Below are positions 51,859-62,492 of a stretch of DNA of 64,000 nucleotides, piece by piece. Made by a program: the position numbers and the translations under genes. The notes beneath the pieces were generated by a model, which ran no database searches, had not been told where the DNA came from, and saw only the letters and a program-made list of their open reading frames with translations. The DNA is taken from assembly GCA_963755715.1 (NCBI GenBank), contig CAVWLW010000025.1, positions 1-64,000 on the forward strand. Reading direction: 5' to 3'. The stretch's first letter is position 1; every line of letters begins with the position of its first letter. Source of the stretch: an uncultured delta proteobacterium (lineage in GTDB: Bacteria > Desulfobacterota > Binatia > UBA9968).

Positions 51859-53365
51859 ATGGCTGAGAACGATTCCAATCCCAGCGAAACTTCCGTCGAG
51901 CAGGTCGAAGTGCGCAAGCAAAAGCTCGCCAAGCTCAAGGCGGCGGGCTCGGTGGTGTATCCGAACGATTTCAAACCGACACACACCGCTTCGGAAATTA
52001 TCGATAAATTTACCGGCGCCAGCGATGAAGAGCTGGCCGGCGCGCCAAAGAATTTGCACATCGCGGGACGGATCATGGCGCTGCGGCGCATGGGCAAAGC
52101 TTCTTTTTTTCATCTGCAGGATCGCCGCGGGCGTCTGCAGATTTATATCCAGCAGAATAGCGTGGGCGAAGAAGTCTACGGGTTGTTTCGCACCGTGGAC
52201 GTGGGCGATATCGTCGGCGTCTCCGGCCACTTATTTCGTACCCGAACCAAGGAACTGACGCTGGACGCGACAAGCTTGCGACTCCTGGCGAAATGCTTGC
52301 GACCGCTGCCGGAGAAGTGGCACGGCTTGGCCGATGTCGAAGCGCGCTATCGCCAGCGCTATCTCGATCTAATGGTCAATCCCGAAGTGCGCCAGGTTTT
52401 CGAGAAGCGTTCGCGAATTATCGGGCTGCTGCGGCGTTTTTTCGAAGCGCGCGACTTTCTCGAAGTCGAAACGCCGATGATGCAGCCGATCCCGGGCGGC
52501 GCGGCGGCGCGGCCGTTCATTACGCACCATAACGCTCTCGATATGGAGCTCTACCTGCGGGTGGCGCCGGAACTTTTTTTAAAGCGTTTGCTCGTCGGCG
52601 GCTTCGAGCGCGTCTTCGAGCTGAACCGGAATTTTCGCAACGAGGGAATTTCCGTGCGCCACAATCCGGAATTTACCATGGTCGAGTTCTATCAGGCCTA
52701 CGCAAGCTTCGAAGACCTGATGCAGTTGACCGAAGAACTTTTCGTGAACCTTGGCCCAAGAAGTGGTCGGTTCGCTGCAACTAACGTATGGGGATCATGT
52801 GATCGATCTGGCGACGCCGTGGCGCCGGCTGACTCTCGCCGAAGCGATCATGGCGCACGGCGGCGCAGAAAAGGACAATGTCGCTACTCTCGACGGGCTG
52901 CAGCGGTTCGCCAAGAAAAAGGAAGTGCATCTTGATTTAAGCGCGTCCTATGGCCATGCGTTAGTGGAAGTCTTTGAAGCCGTCGCCGAGGCGCAGTTGA
53001 TTCAACCGACGTTTATCACCGGCTATCCGATCGAGGTGTCGCCTTTGGCGCGGAAAAACGATGCGAACCCGGCGATGGTCGATCGCTTCGAGCTCTATAT
53101 CGGCGGCCGCGAGTTGGCTAACGCCTTCTCGGAGCTCAATGATCCAGCCGATCAACGCGAACGCTTTCTCGAACAGATGGCCGCGCGCGAGTCGGGCGAC
53201 GACACGGCGAATCCGATCGACGATGATTACGTGCGCGCGCTCGAATACGGCATGCCGCCGGCTGCCGGCGAAGGCATCGGCATCGATCGGCTGGTGATGC
53301 TGCTTACCAACTCGGCTTCGATCCGCGACGTTATCCTATTTCCGTTGCTTCGCCCGCAGCGCTAG
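51859..53365 (+). CDS. lysS: Lysine--tRNA ligase class II (frameshift at about 52753)
   Basis: [28 protein letters not shown]. Confidence 0.97.
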
Positions 53366-53382
53366 GCCGGACCTTCACTCAC

Positions 53383-54630
53383 ATGAAATATGAGCTATTT
53401 ATAGGCTTGCGCTATTTGCAGGCGCGTCGGCAAGAAACTTTCATTTCACTCATCACGGTGATTTCGGTGCTCGGCGTCATGATCGGTGTGATGACGCTCA
53501 ACGTCGTGATGGCGGTCATGACCGGCTTCGAAGAAACCTTGCGCGACCGTCTGCTCGGAATCAATGCTCACATAGCCTTGGTAAAGTCGGGAGATTCATT
53601 GCGCGACTATGAGAGATTGCTCCAGCAAGTGGCCAAGGAAGACGGCGTGGTGGCGGCTACGCCGACGATTTACGGTCAAGTGATGCTCACCTCCGGTTCG
53701 CGCGTCTCCGGGGTTGTGGTGCGCGGCGTCGATCCCAATCGGGTCAATAGCGTTGTCAATCTACAAAGCTTTGTCCGCGAGGGAAGCCTCGTCGGATTGA
53801 CGACCCCACAGCCGGTCCAAGTGGAAGATCGGACCGTTTTATTGCCTGGGATTATTTTAGGCGAGCGGTTGGCCAATCAGTTGGGCGCCTTTCTCGGCAG
53901 TCCCGTTCAGGTGGTCTCGCCCTTGGGTAGCCCAACCGCTATCGGTGTAATACCCAAGGTGCGCCGCTTCGCCGTCACCGGAATCCTTCGAACGGGCATG
54001 AGCGAAATCGATTCGACCTTGGTGCTCATGTCGCTCGCCGATGCGCAGAAATTCTTTGAGCTGGAGGGGGCGGTGACCAATATCGAGATCCGGATCAAAG
54101 ACGTCAATCGATCCCGGGAGGTAGCAGATCAGATTCAACGGCATTTCGGCTTTCCTTACTTTGCCGAGGATTGGACGCGGCTCTGGCCCAACCTTTTTTC
54201 CGCCCTCAAGCTCGAAAAGACGGTTTATTTTTTGGTGCTTTTGCTGATGGTTTTGATCGGCGCATTTAACATCATCTCGACCCTAGTCATGGTCGTGATG
54301 GAAAAGAAAAAGGACATCGCGATACTGCGCTCCATGGGCGCCACGCAAAAAAGCATCCGCAAAATATTTTTGTTAAAAGGCTGCATTATTGGCGTCGTCG
54401 GAACGACCCTCGGTGTGGTCCTCGGCCTGCTCGTGTGCGCGCTCATTTCTGAGTACGGCTTTCAATTGCCGGACGGTGTATTTCTGATATCGACGGTGCC
54501 CGTGCGAATTTATGTCAGCAACTTTGTCCTGGTCGCGTGCACGTCTTTCGCGGTCTCCTTATTGGCCAGCCTCTACCCGGCGCGCCAAGCCGCGAAATTG
54601 GATCCGGTAGAAATTATCCGCTATGAGTAA
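53383..54630 (+). CDS. lolE: Lipoprotein-releasing system permease LolC/E
   Basis: IGLRYL, VMTGFE, GAFNIISTLVMVV, YPARQAAKLDP. Confidence 0.9.
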   Translation: MKYELFIGLRYLQARRQETFISLITVISVLGVMIGVMTLNVVMAVMTGFEETLRDRLLGINAHIALVKSGDSLRDYERLLQQVAKEDGVVAATPTIYGQVMLTSGSRVSGVVVRGVDPNRVNSVVNLQSFVREGSLVGLTTPQPVQVEDRTVLLPGIILGERLANQLGAFLGSPVQVVSPLGSPTAIGVIPKVRRFAVTGILRTGMSEIDSTLVLMSLADAQKFFELEGAVTNIEIRIKDVNRSREVADQIQRHFGFPYFAEDWTRLWPNLFSALKLEKTVYFLVLLLMVLIGAFNIISTLVMVVMEKKKDIAILRSMGATQKSIRKIFLLKGCIIGVVGTTLGVVLGLLVCALISEYGFQLPDGVFLISTVPVRIYVSNFVLVACTSFAVSLLASLYPARQAAKLDPVEIIRYE

Positions 54631-55300
54631 CCTCCTGTCGGTCAAGGAGCTGCAAAAATCATTTTCCGAAGGCGGCAATGAGATCCATGTTTTGCAGGGT
54701 GTCAATTTTGATTTGGCCGAAGGCGAGCGTCTGGCGGTGGTTGGTGAGTCAGGCGTTGGTAAGAGCACCTTGCTGCATATTCTCGGCACCCTCGACCGGC
54801 CGACGGGGGGCAAAATACTTTTTGGCGGCAAGCAGCTGCCGCTCGACGATGAGGCCGCACTGTGCGAGTTTCGCAACCGGCAAATCGGCTTTGTCTTTCA
54901 GTTTCATTATCTCCTACCTGATTTCTCAGCCCTGGAAAACGTTATGTTTCCGGCACTGATCCAAGGAATAGAACCGGCACAGGCCAAGCGCGAGGCCGTA
55001 CAATTGTTGGATTTAGTCGGCTTGACCGATAGGCTAAGTCACCGTCCGGGCAAGCTTTCTGGAGGTGAACAGCAGCGGGTCGCGGTGGCGCGCGCGGTAA
55101 TTCTGAAGCCGAAGCTGGTCTTGGCGGATGAGCCAACCGGATCGCTTGATTTGCGCATCGGCGAGGAAGTTCAAGATTTGCTGTTCCGGCTTAACGAAGA
55201 GCATGGGATCGGCTTGATAGTTGCCACTCACAACCGGCAATTTGCCAAAAAAATCGGCCGCTGCGTCGAGCTGAGAGAGGGGCGGTTGGCGGGCACTTAG
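54623..55300 (+). CDS. lolD: Lipoprotein-releasing system ATPase
   Basis: [27 protein letters not shown]. Confidence 0.93.
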   Translation: MSNLLSVKELQKSFSEGGNEIHVLQGVNFDLAEGERLAVVGESGVGKSTLLHILGTLDRPTGGKILFGGKQLPLDDEAALCEFRNRQIGFVFQFHYLLPDFSALENVMFPALIQGIEPAQAKREAVQLLDLVGLTDRLSHRPGKLSGGEQQRVAVARAVILKPKLVLADEPTGSLDLRIGEEVQDLLFRLNEEHGIGLIVATHNRQFAKKIGRCVELREGRLAGT

Positions 55301-55422
55301 GGTGCTATTTTTAGGACGTTCCCTTGCTAGGCACATTAAAAACACCTTTACAAAAGTACTGGTATTTGCTAAAAATTCAAAAGTATTCACCCGTTTTTTG
55401 ATGTTCGGTTCGTCCATTCCCG

Positions 55423-57828
55423 ATGGAATTTTTTAAAACCGCTGGAGCGCTCGCTGTCGTTTTTTTTCTATACCTGTCGTTGTTCGTTACCAACGTGGTT
55501 TCAGCCCAAGCGCAAACTCGAGAAAAAGTCGTCCTCAAAAATATCCAAATTAGTGGCAACGTAAGAGTCGAAGATGACGGCATCCGCTTGCACGTGAAAA
55601 GCCGGGCCGGCGAGGTGTTCGATCCAGCGACCGTCGATCAAGACGTCAAAGCCATCTACAGGATGGGATTTTTCGACGACGTTCAAGCCGAGCTTTCGCC
55701 TGATGGAGTCTTGACCTACGCAGTCACAGAGAAACCATATATTCGCGAAGTCAAAATCCAAGGTGCCTCGCAGGTTTCCAAAGAAAAGATCGAGTCGGCG
55801 TTGGGCGTAGGCGCGCGCACGATTTTGGATCGAAGCAAAGTCGCCGAAGGCGTCGATAAAGTGCGAAAACTCTATAACGAGCAAGGCTACGTCAACGCCG
55901 CAATCGATCACGCTGTGACGGTGGAGTCGAACAATCAAGCGGTGATTACTCTCGACATTAACGAGGGCAATCGGCTGCTGATCAAAAGGATCGAGTTCGA
56001 GGGCAACAAGGCCTTTTCGGATGGTGAGCTTAAAGGGCTGATCGCGACGAAGGAAGAGTGGATTTTCTCGTTTATTACCAACCGTGGCGTTCTTGATCGC
56101 GACATGCTGACCAACGATGTGGCGATTTTATCGAATTACTATAACGATAACGGCTATGTCGAACATAAAATCGATGATCCGGTGATCTTGCGCGGGCGCG
56201 ACGGTTTGGAGGTCGTTTTTCGCATCAGCGAAGGCCCGCAGTATCGCGTCGGCAAGGTTGAGATTGGCGGTGAACTGATTCAGGATGGCCGTCAGATGCT
56301 CAAATCGGTCAAGCTTACCACCGGGCAGATCTTTCGCGGCAGTCGCTTACGCGACGATGTCACAAGCCTAACGGATATGTACTCGAACAAAGGCTTTGCT
56401 TTTGTTCAAGTCGATCCGATTACAAGGGTGAACGCGACGGACAAGAAGGTCGACGTGGCGTTGGTGATTACCAAAGGCCCGCCAGTGTATTTTAATCGAG
56501 TATTGGTCGCCGGCAATACGAAAACACGCGACAAGGTCGTGCGGCGCGAATTACTCACAAACGAACAGGAGCTTTTTTCGGGCGCAAAAATCACGCAGAG
56601 CCGCAACGCGTTGCAACGAACCGGCTACTTCGAGGACGTACAGCTCACCACGAAAAAAACTGATCAGTCGGATACCGTCGATTTGATGGTGGACGTGAAG
56701 GAAGGACCCACGGGGACCTTTCAAGTGGGCGCCGGCTATAGCAGCGGCGATGGCTTTCTTTTCAATACCAATGTTTCGGAAAAGAATCTGCTGGGAAGAG
56801 GACAAGGAGTTACCGGTAATTTCAGCATCGGCTCGCGCCGACAAGACTATATCCTCAACTTTACCGAGCCCTATTTTAGGGACACCAAGGCTTCCCTAGG
56901 CCTTGCTTTATTCAATACCACACGTGATTACGACGATTTCAACGAGCATAAATTGGGTTTTGGCGTCAATACGAGTTACCCTCTGAACGACTTTCGCATG
57001 CCATTTTTTGGCCGGAGCGAAAAAGAAAAAGGCTCCGACGTACTGGCCAGTAACCCGGCGACGAGTATGTGGGACTACATGCGCGCCGGCGTTGCCTACG
57101 ATTTGACTCGTGAAGATATCAATGGCGTTTCGGCCAACGCCGCTGAATCGATCAAAAGTGAGGCGGGACAGTCGCTGACGAGCGCTGTGACTCCCGGCAT
57201 GACTTACGACAGTCGCGATCATTTTTTTGCTCCCACCGAGGGCACCAAGTCCGCGTTCGCGGTAAAAATGGCCGGCTTGGGCGGTGATAGTCGTTTTATC
57301 AAATCCGATGTGAGTGGGCGGTGGCATTATCCGTTGCTCAAAGATCCAAACTGGGGCGGTGCTTACGTGTTGGCGTTAGGCGGTTCGCTCGGTTACGGCA
57401 TCGGATACGGTCAAGGAAGCAATGGCCAACACGACTTGCCGCTTTTCGAGCGGTACTTTCTCGGCGGAATCAATTCAGTGCGCGGTTTCCAGGAAAGAAG
57501 CATAGCGCCGCGCGCGCCCTCCGAGTGCGATCCCAACGGCCAGAACTGCACATCGACGGAGGTGGTCGGCGGCGACAAGGCGGTGGTTGTAAACACCGAG
57601 CTGCTATTTCCGATCATGGAGTCCTACGGCGTGCGCGGCGTGGCATTTTTCGATATGGGGAATGCCTTTACGGACTCGCTTAATTTCAATGATTTCAGAC
57701 GCTCGGTCGGCGCTGGAGTGCGCTGGATGTCTCCATTCGGCCCGTTGCGCGTCGAGCTCGGCTTCCCGATCAACAAGAAGCCGCACGATGAAACCTCGGT
57801 GCTCGGTTTCTCCATCGGCAGTCAGTAG
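55423..57828 (+). CDS. bamA: Outer membrane protein assembly factor BamA
   Basis: POTRA repeats (GNTKTRDKVVRRE), VRGF motif, WMSPFGPLR. Confidence 0.96.
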   Translation: MEFFKTAGALAVVFFLYLSLFVTNVVSAQAQTREKVVLKNIQISGNVRVEDDGIRLHVKSRAGEVFDPATVDQDVKAIYRMGFFDDVQAELSPDGVLTYAVTEKPYIREVKIQGASQVSKEKIESALGVGARTILDRSKVAEGVDKVRKLYNEQGYVNAAIDHAVTVESNNQAVITLDINEGNRLLIKRIEFEGNKAFSDGELKGLIATKEEWIFSFITNRGVLDRDMLTNDVAILSNYYNDNGYVEHKIDDPVILRGRDGLEVVFRISEGPQYRVGKVEIGGELIQDGRQMLKSVKLTTGQIFRGSRLRDDVTSLTDMYSNKGFAFVQVDPITRVNATDKKVDVALVITKGPPVYFNRVLVAGNTKTRDKVVRRELLTNEQELFSGAKITQSRNALQRTGYFEDVQLTTKKTDQSDTVDLMVDVKEGPTGTFQVGAGYSSGDGFLFNTNVSEKNLLGRGQGVTGNFSIGSRRQDYILNFTEPYFRDTKASLGLALFNTTRDYDDFNEHKLGFGVNTSYPLNDFRMPFFGRSEKEKGSDVLASNPATSMWDYMRAGVAYDLTREDINGVSANAAESIKSEAGQSLTSAVTPGMTYDSRDHFFAPTEGTKSAFAVKMAGLGGDSRFIKSDVSGRWHYPLLKDPNWGGAYVLALGGSLGYGIGYGQGSNGQHDLPLFERYFLGGINSVRGFQERSIAPRAPSECDPNGQNCTSTEVVGGDKAVVVNTELLFPIMESYGVRGVAFFDMGNAFTDSLNFNDFRRSVGAGVRWMSPFGPLRVELGFPINKKPHDETSVLGFSIGSQ

Positions 57829-57872
57829 CGACTGCCGCTCAACAATTTGTACCCTATTTACCGGAGGTCTTA

Positions 57873-58382
57873 GTGAAGTATTGGCTGGCGGTGGGATTGC
57901 TGGTTCTTTCGTGCGCGCCATCGTTCGCGCAGGAAAGGATAAAGATTGGCTTTATCGATATCCAACGCGTGGTTCAAGAGTCGCAGGCGGGAAAAAGAGC
58001 CAAGGAACGATTTCAAGCCCAGGTCAAAAAAGCCGAGGCCGATATCGTGAAGGAGCGCCAAGAACTGGATCGAATGAAGAGCGACCTCGAGAAAAAAGGC
58101 CCGCTTTTGAAAGAAGAAGAGCGACGTAATCTTGAGGCCGAGTTCCAAAAGCGCTCCGTGACTTTGCAAAGAACCATGACCGATTATCAGCAAGAGCTGC
58201 AGGCGAAAAATAATCAGTTGATGTCGGATATTCTCAAAGAATTGGAAGCGATCGTCAACGAAGTCGGCAAAGCCGATAAATTTACCTTGATTCTGGAGCG
58301 CTCGCAGATCCTTTATAGCGATCAGGGAATCGATATCACCAGTAAAGTGATCGAAACTTACAATAATCGGAATAAGAAGTAA
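57873..58382 (+). CDS. skp: OmpH/Skp chaperone
   Basis: KIGFIDIQRV, coiled coil, DITSKVI; position after bamA. Confidence 0.92.
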   Translation: MKYWLAVGLLVLSCAPSFAQERIKIGFIDIQRVVQESQAGKRAKERFQAQVKKAEADIVKERQELDRMKSDLEKKGPLLKEEERRNLEAEFQKRSVTLQRTMTDYQQELQAKNNQLMSDILKELEAIVNEVGKADKFTLILERSQILYSDQGIDITSKVIETYNNRNKK

Positions 58383-59463
58383 GTGGCGACAGGGAGAAGC
58401 CTCAGTGAACTTGCCGTTCTCGTCGGTGGCAAGCTCATTGGAGAGGGCGCTACGATCATCGGCAAAGTAGCGTCGATCGACGAAGCCGGCCCGGGCGATA
58501 TCACTTTTCTCAGCAATCCGCGCTATCGGCGTTTTTTGCCGCGGTGTCGAGCGAGCGCTGTCATCGTCGGTCCCGGCATTATCGATGAAGGTCAACGAGA
58601 AACGAAGTTAAGCTTTATCGAAGCGGCCGATCCGTACATTGCCTTTGCAAAGATTTTCCAGCTCTTCTGCCCGGCGCCGCAATTCAGCGGGCGAAGTAAG
58701 CCCTGGAGCTTTTGTCGATGCCAGCGCCATTATTGCCGAAAAGGTAACCATTTTCGCCGGTGCTTTTGTCGGCAAACGCGTTCGGATTGGCACGGGCACG
58801 GTGCTTTTTCCCGGCGTCTTTGTCGGTGACGATGCTCAAGTGGGCGGCGATTGCATCCTTCATCCGAATGTTGTGGTGCGCGAAGCCTGCCGGTTGGGCG
58901 AGCGCGTGATACTGCACGCCGGCGTCGTGATCGGCAGCGATGGGTTCGGGTATGCGGGCAGCGGCGCTCAACGGGTCAAGATTCCCCAGGCTGGAATCGT
59001 CGTTCTGGAAGACGACGTTGAAATCGGTGCGAACACTACGGTAGATCGCGCCACGATCGGACGAACCGTGATTGAGCGCGGCGTCAAAATCGACAATCTG
59101 GTGCAAATCGCCCACAATGTGGCGGTGGGCGAGTATTCGGTGATCGCGGCGCAGGCCGGAGTTGCGGGCAGCTCGCGTTTGGGGCGAAACGTGACCTTGG
59201 CTGGACAAGTAGGCGTGGTCAATCATATTGAAATCGGCGATGGCGCGATGATCGGTCCGCAATCCGGAATCGCCCAGTCCGTGCCTTCCGGCGCCGTGCT
59301 TTCCAGCGGTATCGCGGCGGCGCCGCATCACGAATGGTTAAAGGTCATGGCTTTGCTTCCCCAACTTCCCAAGCTGTGGAATGCGGTGCGGCGCTTGGAG
59401 AAGCAGTGTGCGGGCATGCTCAAAGGGAAGGAAAAGGAGTTGGATCGCGATGCTGAGCGTTAA
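58383..59463 (+). CDS. lpxD: UDP-3-O-acylglucosamine N-acyltransferase (frameshift at about 58690)
   Basis: [28 protein letters not shown]. Confidence 0.95.
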
Positions 59464-59887
59464 CGACATCTTCAAATATATTCCGCACCGTTATCCGTTC
59501 TTGCTCGTCGACCGCATTTTGGAAATCCAGGGTGAGGAGAAGATTATCGGGATCAAGAACGTCACCATCAATGAACACTTCTTTCTCGGCCATTTTCCGC
59601 ACCGGCCGGTGATGCCAGGAGTGTTGATCTGTGAAGCGATGGCGCAAGTGGGCGCTATTTTTGCCCACAACGCGCGCGGCGGCATGGCGGACAATCGAGT
59701 TTTTGTGCTTACCGGCTTGGACAACGTAAAGTTTAAACGGCCGGTGGAGCCCGGCGATCAATTGCGCATGGAGCTTACCTGTTTGAAGCGGCGCGGCTCG
59801 TTTTGGAAAATGCAGGGAGTCGCCACAGTGGACGGCAATCTCGTGGCGCAGGCGGAAATCTCCGCGATGGAAATCGAATTGGCCTGA
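59450..59887 (+). CDS. fabZ: 3-hydroxyacyl-ACP dehydratase
   Basis: [27 protein letters not shown]. Confidence 0.97.
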   Translation: MLSVNDIFKYIPHRYPFLLVDRILEIQGEEKIIGIKNVTINEHFFLGHFPHRPVMPGVLICEAMAQVGAIFAHNARGGMADNRVFVLTGLDNVKFKRPVEPGDQLRMELTCLKRRGSFWKMQGVATVDGNLVAQAEISAMEIELA

Positions 59888-59902
59888 AGAGCGTTTGGTG
59901 AA

Positions 59903-60679
59903 ATGAGCCGAGTGCACCCAACGGCGATTGTCGATGCGCGCGCCGAGATCGACGGCGATGTTCAGATCGGTCCTTATTGCGTCATCGGCGCCGGCGTGAG
60001 GATCGGCAAAGGGTGTCGAGTTCATTCTCACGCGGTCATTACCGGGCGCACCACGCTCGGCGAAGGCAACGTGGTATTTCCTTTCGCGACTATCGGTGAC
60101 ACGCCGCAGGATCTCAAATATAAGGGCGAACCGAGCGAGCTTTTGATCGGCAATCGTAACACGATACGCGAGTATGTTTCGCTCAATCCAGGGACCACAG
60201 GCGGCGGCATGGTGACCCGGGTGGGCGATCAGAATCTCTTGATGATGCAGTGCCACATCGCCCATGATTGCCTCCTCGGCGATCGTAACGTTGTCGCCAA
60301 CGGCGCCACGCTCGGCGGCCACGTCGTGATCGAGGACTTCGTGATCGTGGGTGGGCTGGTCGGAATCCATCAATTCGTGCGCATTGGCACGGGAGCTATC
60401 CTCGGCGCCGGCTCGATGGTTTCCAAGGACGTGCCACCGTACTGTAACGCCACGGGCGACCGCGCCAAGCTGCACGGGCTAAACCTCGAAGGTCTCAAGC
60501 GGCGGGGTTTCGACAAGACCGTGATCGCCTTGCTGCGCAAAGCCTATCGCATTGTCTTTCAATCGGCCCTCAGAACCGAGGATGCCCTGAAAAAAATCCG
60601 CGAAGAATTGCCAGCGATTCCCGAAATTGAAAAATTTGCTTCCTTCATTGCACAGTCCGGGCGCGGGGTTTGCCGCTGA
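59903..60679 (+). CDS. lpxA: Acyl-ACP--UDP-GlcNAc acyltransferase
   Basis: PQDLKY, HIAHDC, HQF, DVPPY. Confidence 0.97.
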   Translation: MSRVHPTAIVDARAEIDGDVQIGPYCVIGAGVRIGKGCRVHSHAVITGRTTLGEGNVVFPFATIGDTPQDLKYKGEPSELLIGNRNTIREYVSLNPGTTGGGMVTRVGDQNLLMMQCHIAHDCLLGDRNVVANGATLGGHVVIEDFVIVGGLVGIHQFVRIGTGAILGAGSMVSKDVPPYCNATGDRAKLHGLNLEGLKRRGFDKTVIALLRKAYRIVFQSALRTEDALKKIREELPAIPEIEKFASFIAQSGRGVCR

Positions 60680-60724
60680 GTCAGCGCTTTTAACTGCTTC
60701 GACGCAGAGCAATTATCTTTCCTT

Positions 60725-61537
60725 GTGAAGAAGTTGGGATTAATTGCGGGCAATGGCAAGTTCCCTCTGCTTTTCGCCGAGGAGGCGAAACGCGAAGGCT
60801 ATCGCGTTGTCGCCGCTGCCCATTATGGCGAGACCGAGAAGACAATCGGTGAAGCTGCCGACGAGGTCACCTGGGTCTATGTCGGCCAGCTTGGCAAAAT
60901 TATCGGCGTCTTTCAGCGCGCCGGCGTAACCGAAGCTGTAATGGCGGGTGGCATTCGCAAAGTGAAATTGTTCGGCAATTTTCGTCCCGATTTGCGCGGC
61001 GCGCGATTTCTGGCCAAGCTCAAAAGCCGGGAAGACGACGCTTTGCTCCGCGGCATTGCTGAAGAGCTCGCGGCCGACGGTATTCGGGTCTTGGAATCGA
61101 CGCTTTGCCTGCCGCATATCATTGCCACGGCCGGCGTGCTGACCAGGCGGGCGCCGCGCCGGGAGGAGTGGAACGATATCAAGTTGGGTTTTCGCACCGC
61201 AAAGGAAGTAGGCCGCTTGGGCATTGGTCAAACAGTCGTAGTCAAGCATCAAATCGTGGTCGCCGTCGAGGCGGTGGAAGGCACCGATGCGGCGATTGAG
61301 CGCGGCGGACGACTGGCCAAGCCCGGCTGTGTGGTGGTGAAAGTGAGCAAACCGCAGCAAGATCTGCGCTTCGATGTGCCCGCGGTCGGCGTCGACACCG
61401 TGTATCGTCTGCATGAAATCGGCGGAACGGTTCTGGCGGTCGAAGCGGGCAAGACAATTTTATTGGAGAAAGAAAGTTTGTTGAGCCAAGCCGACGCCTA
61501 TGGGATTTCCGTCGTCGGGGTCAGCGGTGAGGAATAG
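60725..61537 (+). CDS. lpxI: UDP-2,3-diacylglucosamine diphosphatase LpxI
   Basis: GLIAGNG, IGQTVVV, EAVEGTD, KPQQDLRFDVPAVG. Confidence 0.93.
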   Translation: MKKLGLIAGNGKFPLLFAEEAKREGYRVVAAAHYGETEKTIGEAADEVTWVYVGQLGKIIGVFQRAGVTEAVMAGGIRKVKLFGNFRPDLRGARFLAKLKSREDDALLRGIAEELAADGIRVLESTLCLPHIIATAGVLTRRAPRREEWNDIKLGFRTAKEVGRLGIGQTVVVKHQIVVAVEAVEGTDAAIERGGRLAKPGCVVVKVSKPQQDLRFDVPAVGVDTVYRLHEIGGTVLAVEAGKTILLEKESLLSQADAYGISVVGVSGEE

Positions 61538-62473
61538 ATGGCTATGGCGGAGAACGGAATCGCAAGCGGTGTCGTCGGCGTCGGCTACCTTGGCAAATTT
61601 CACGCCGAAAAATACGTCGCATCGACTAAGGCGAAGCTTGTCGCCGTGGCCGATATTGATGCGGCGCGCGCGGCGGCGGTCGGCGCGACGGTTCGCGCCG
61701 CAGCGCTGACGGACTATCGGGAAATGTTTGGCCGGGTGCGTTGCGTCAGCATCGCCGTGCCGACGCGCCTGCATTTTCAGGTGGCGCGCGATTTTATCGA
61801 AGCCGGCATCGACGTACTGGTTGAAAAACCGCTTACGGCGGATATCGCCGAGGCACGCGAGCTTGTGCAATTGGCGCAGGCAAAAAACGTCATTCTTCAG
61901 GTCGGTCATCTCGAGCGCTTCAATCCGGCGATCCGCCGTCTCGAAGGAGTAATTCGTGAGCCCAAGTTTGTCGAGTGCCACCGGCTGGCGCCATTCATTG
62001 AGCGCGGCACTGATGTCGACGTGGTCCTGGACCTGATGATTCACGATATCGACGTGATCGCGAGTTTGGTCCGTGCCCCGGTCGAACGGGTCGAGGCGGT
62101 CGGGGTCCCGGTCTTGACCGATAAACCGGATATCGCCAATGCGCGGATCAATTTTACCAATGGTTGTATTGCCAATGTGACCTCGAGCCGGGTTTCGCTC
62201 AAACGCGAGCGCAAGATTCGCTTTTTTCAGCCCGATGCCTATATCTCGATCGATTATGATCAGCGCCGCGCGCAGATTTTCTACAAGCCCGCGCCAGGCG
62301 CGGGATGGCTCGACATCCGCACGGAATCCATCGAAATCAAAGAAGGTGACGCGCTTGCGGACGAAGTCGACTCTTTTCTGGATTGCGTGGCCAGCAGGAA
62401 TCTCCCTTTGGTCGGCGGCGCGGAGGGTTTGCGCGCTCTCGAGATCGCCTCGCTGATCAGCGCGCAGCTGTGA
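61538..62473 (+). CDS. Gfo/Idh/MocA oxidoreductase, GnnA-like
   Basis: GVGYLG, EKP, VGHLERFNP, DLMIHDID; located between lpxI and lpxB. Confidence 0.85.
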   Translation: MAMAENGIASGVVGVGYLGKFHAEKYVASTKAKLVAVADIDAARAAAVGATVRAAALTDYREMFGRVRCVSIAVPTRLHFQVARDFIEAGIDVLVEKPLTADIAEARELVQLAQAKNVILQVGHLERFNPAIRRLEGVIREPKFVECHRLAPFIERGTDVDVVLDLMIHDIDVIASLVRAPVERVEAVGVPVLTDKPDIANARINFTNGCIANVTSSRVSLKRERKIRFFQPDAYISIDYDQRRAQIFYKPAPGAGWLDIRTESIEIKEGDALADEVDSFLDCVASRNLPLVGGAEGLRALEIASLISAQL

Positions 62474-62492
62474 CCGTCCGTTCTGGTAACTC

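Noticed and set aside
32644-58700. Programmed frameshifting or pseudogenisation of aspS, lysS, def and lpxD
   Set aside because: No shared slippery motif, the genes are essential, and indels are scattered; sequencing error is simpler
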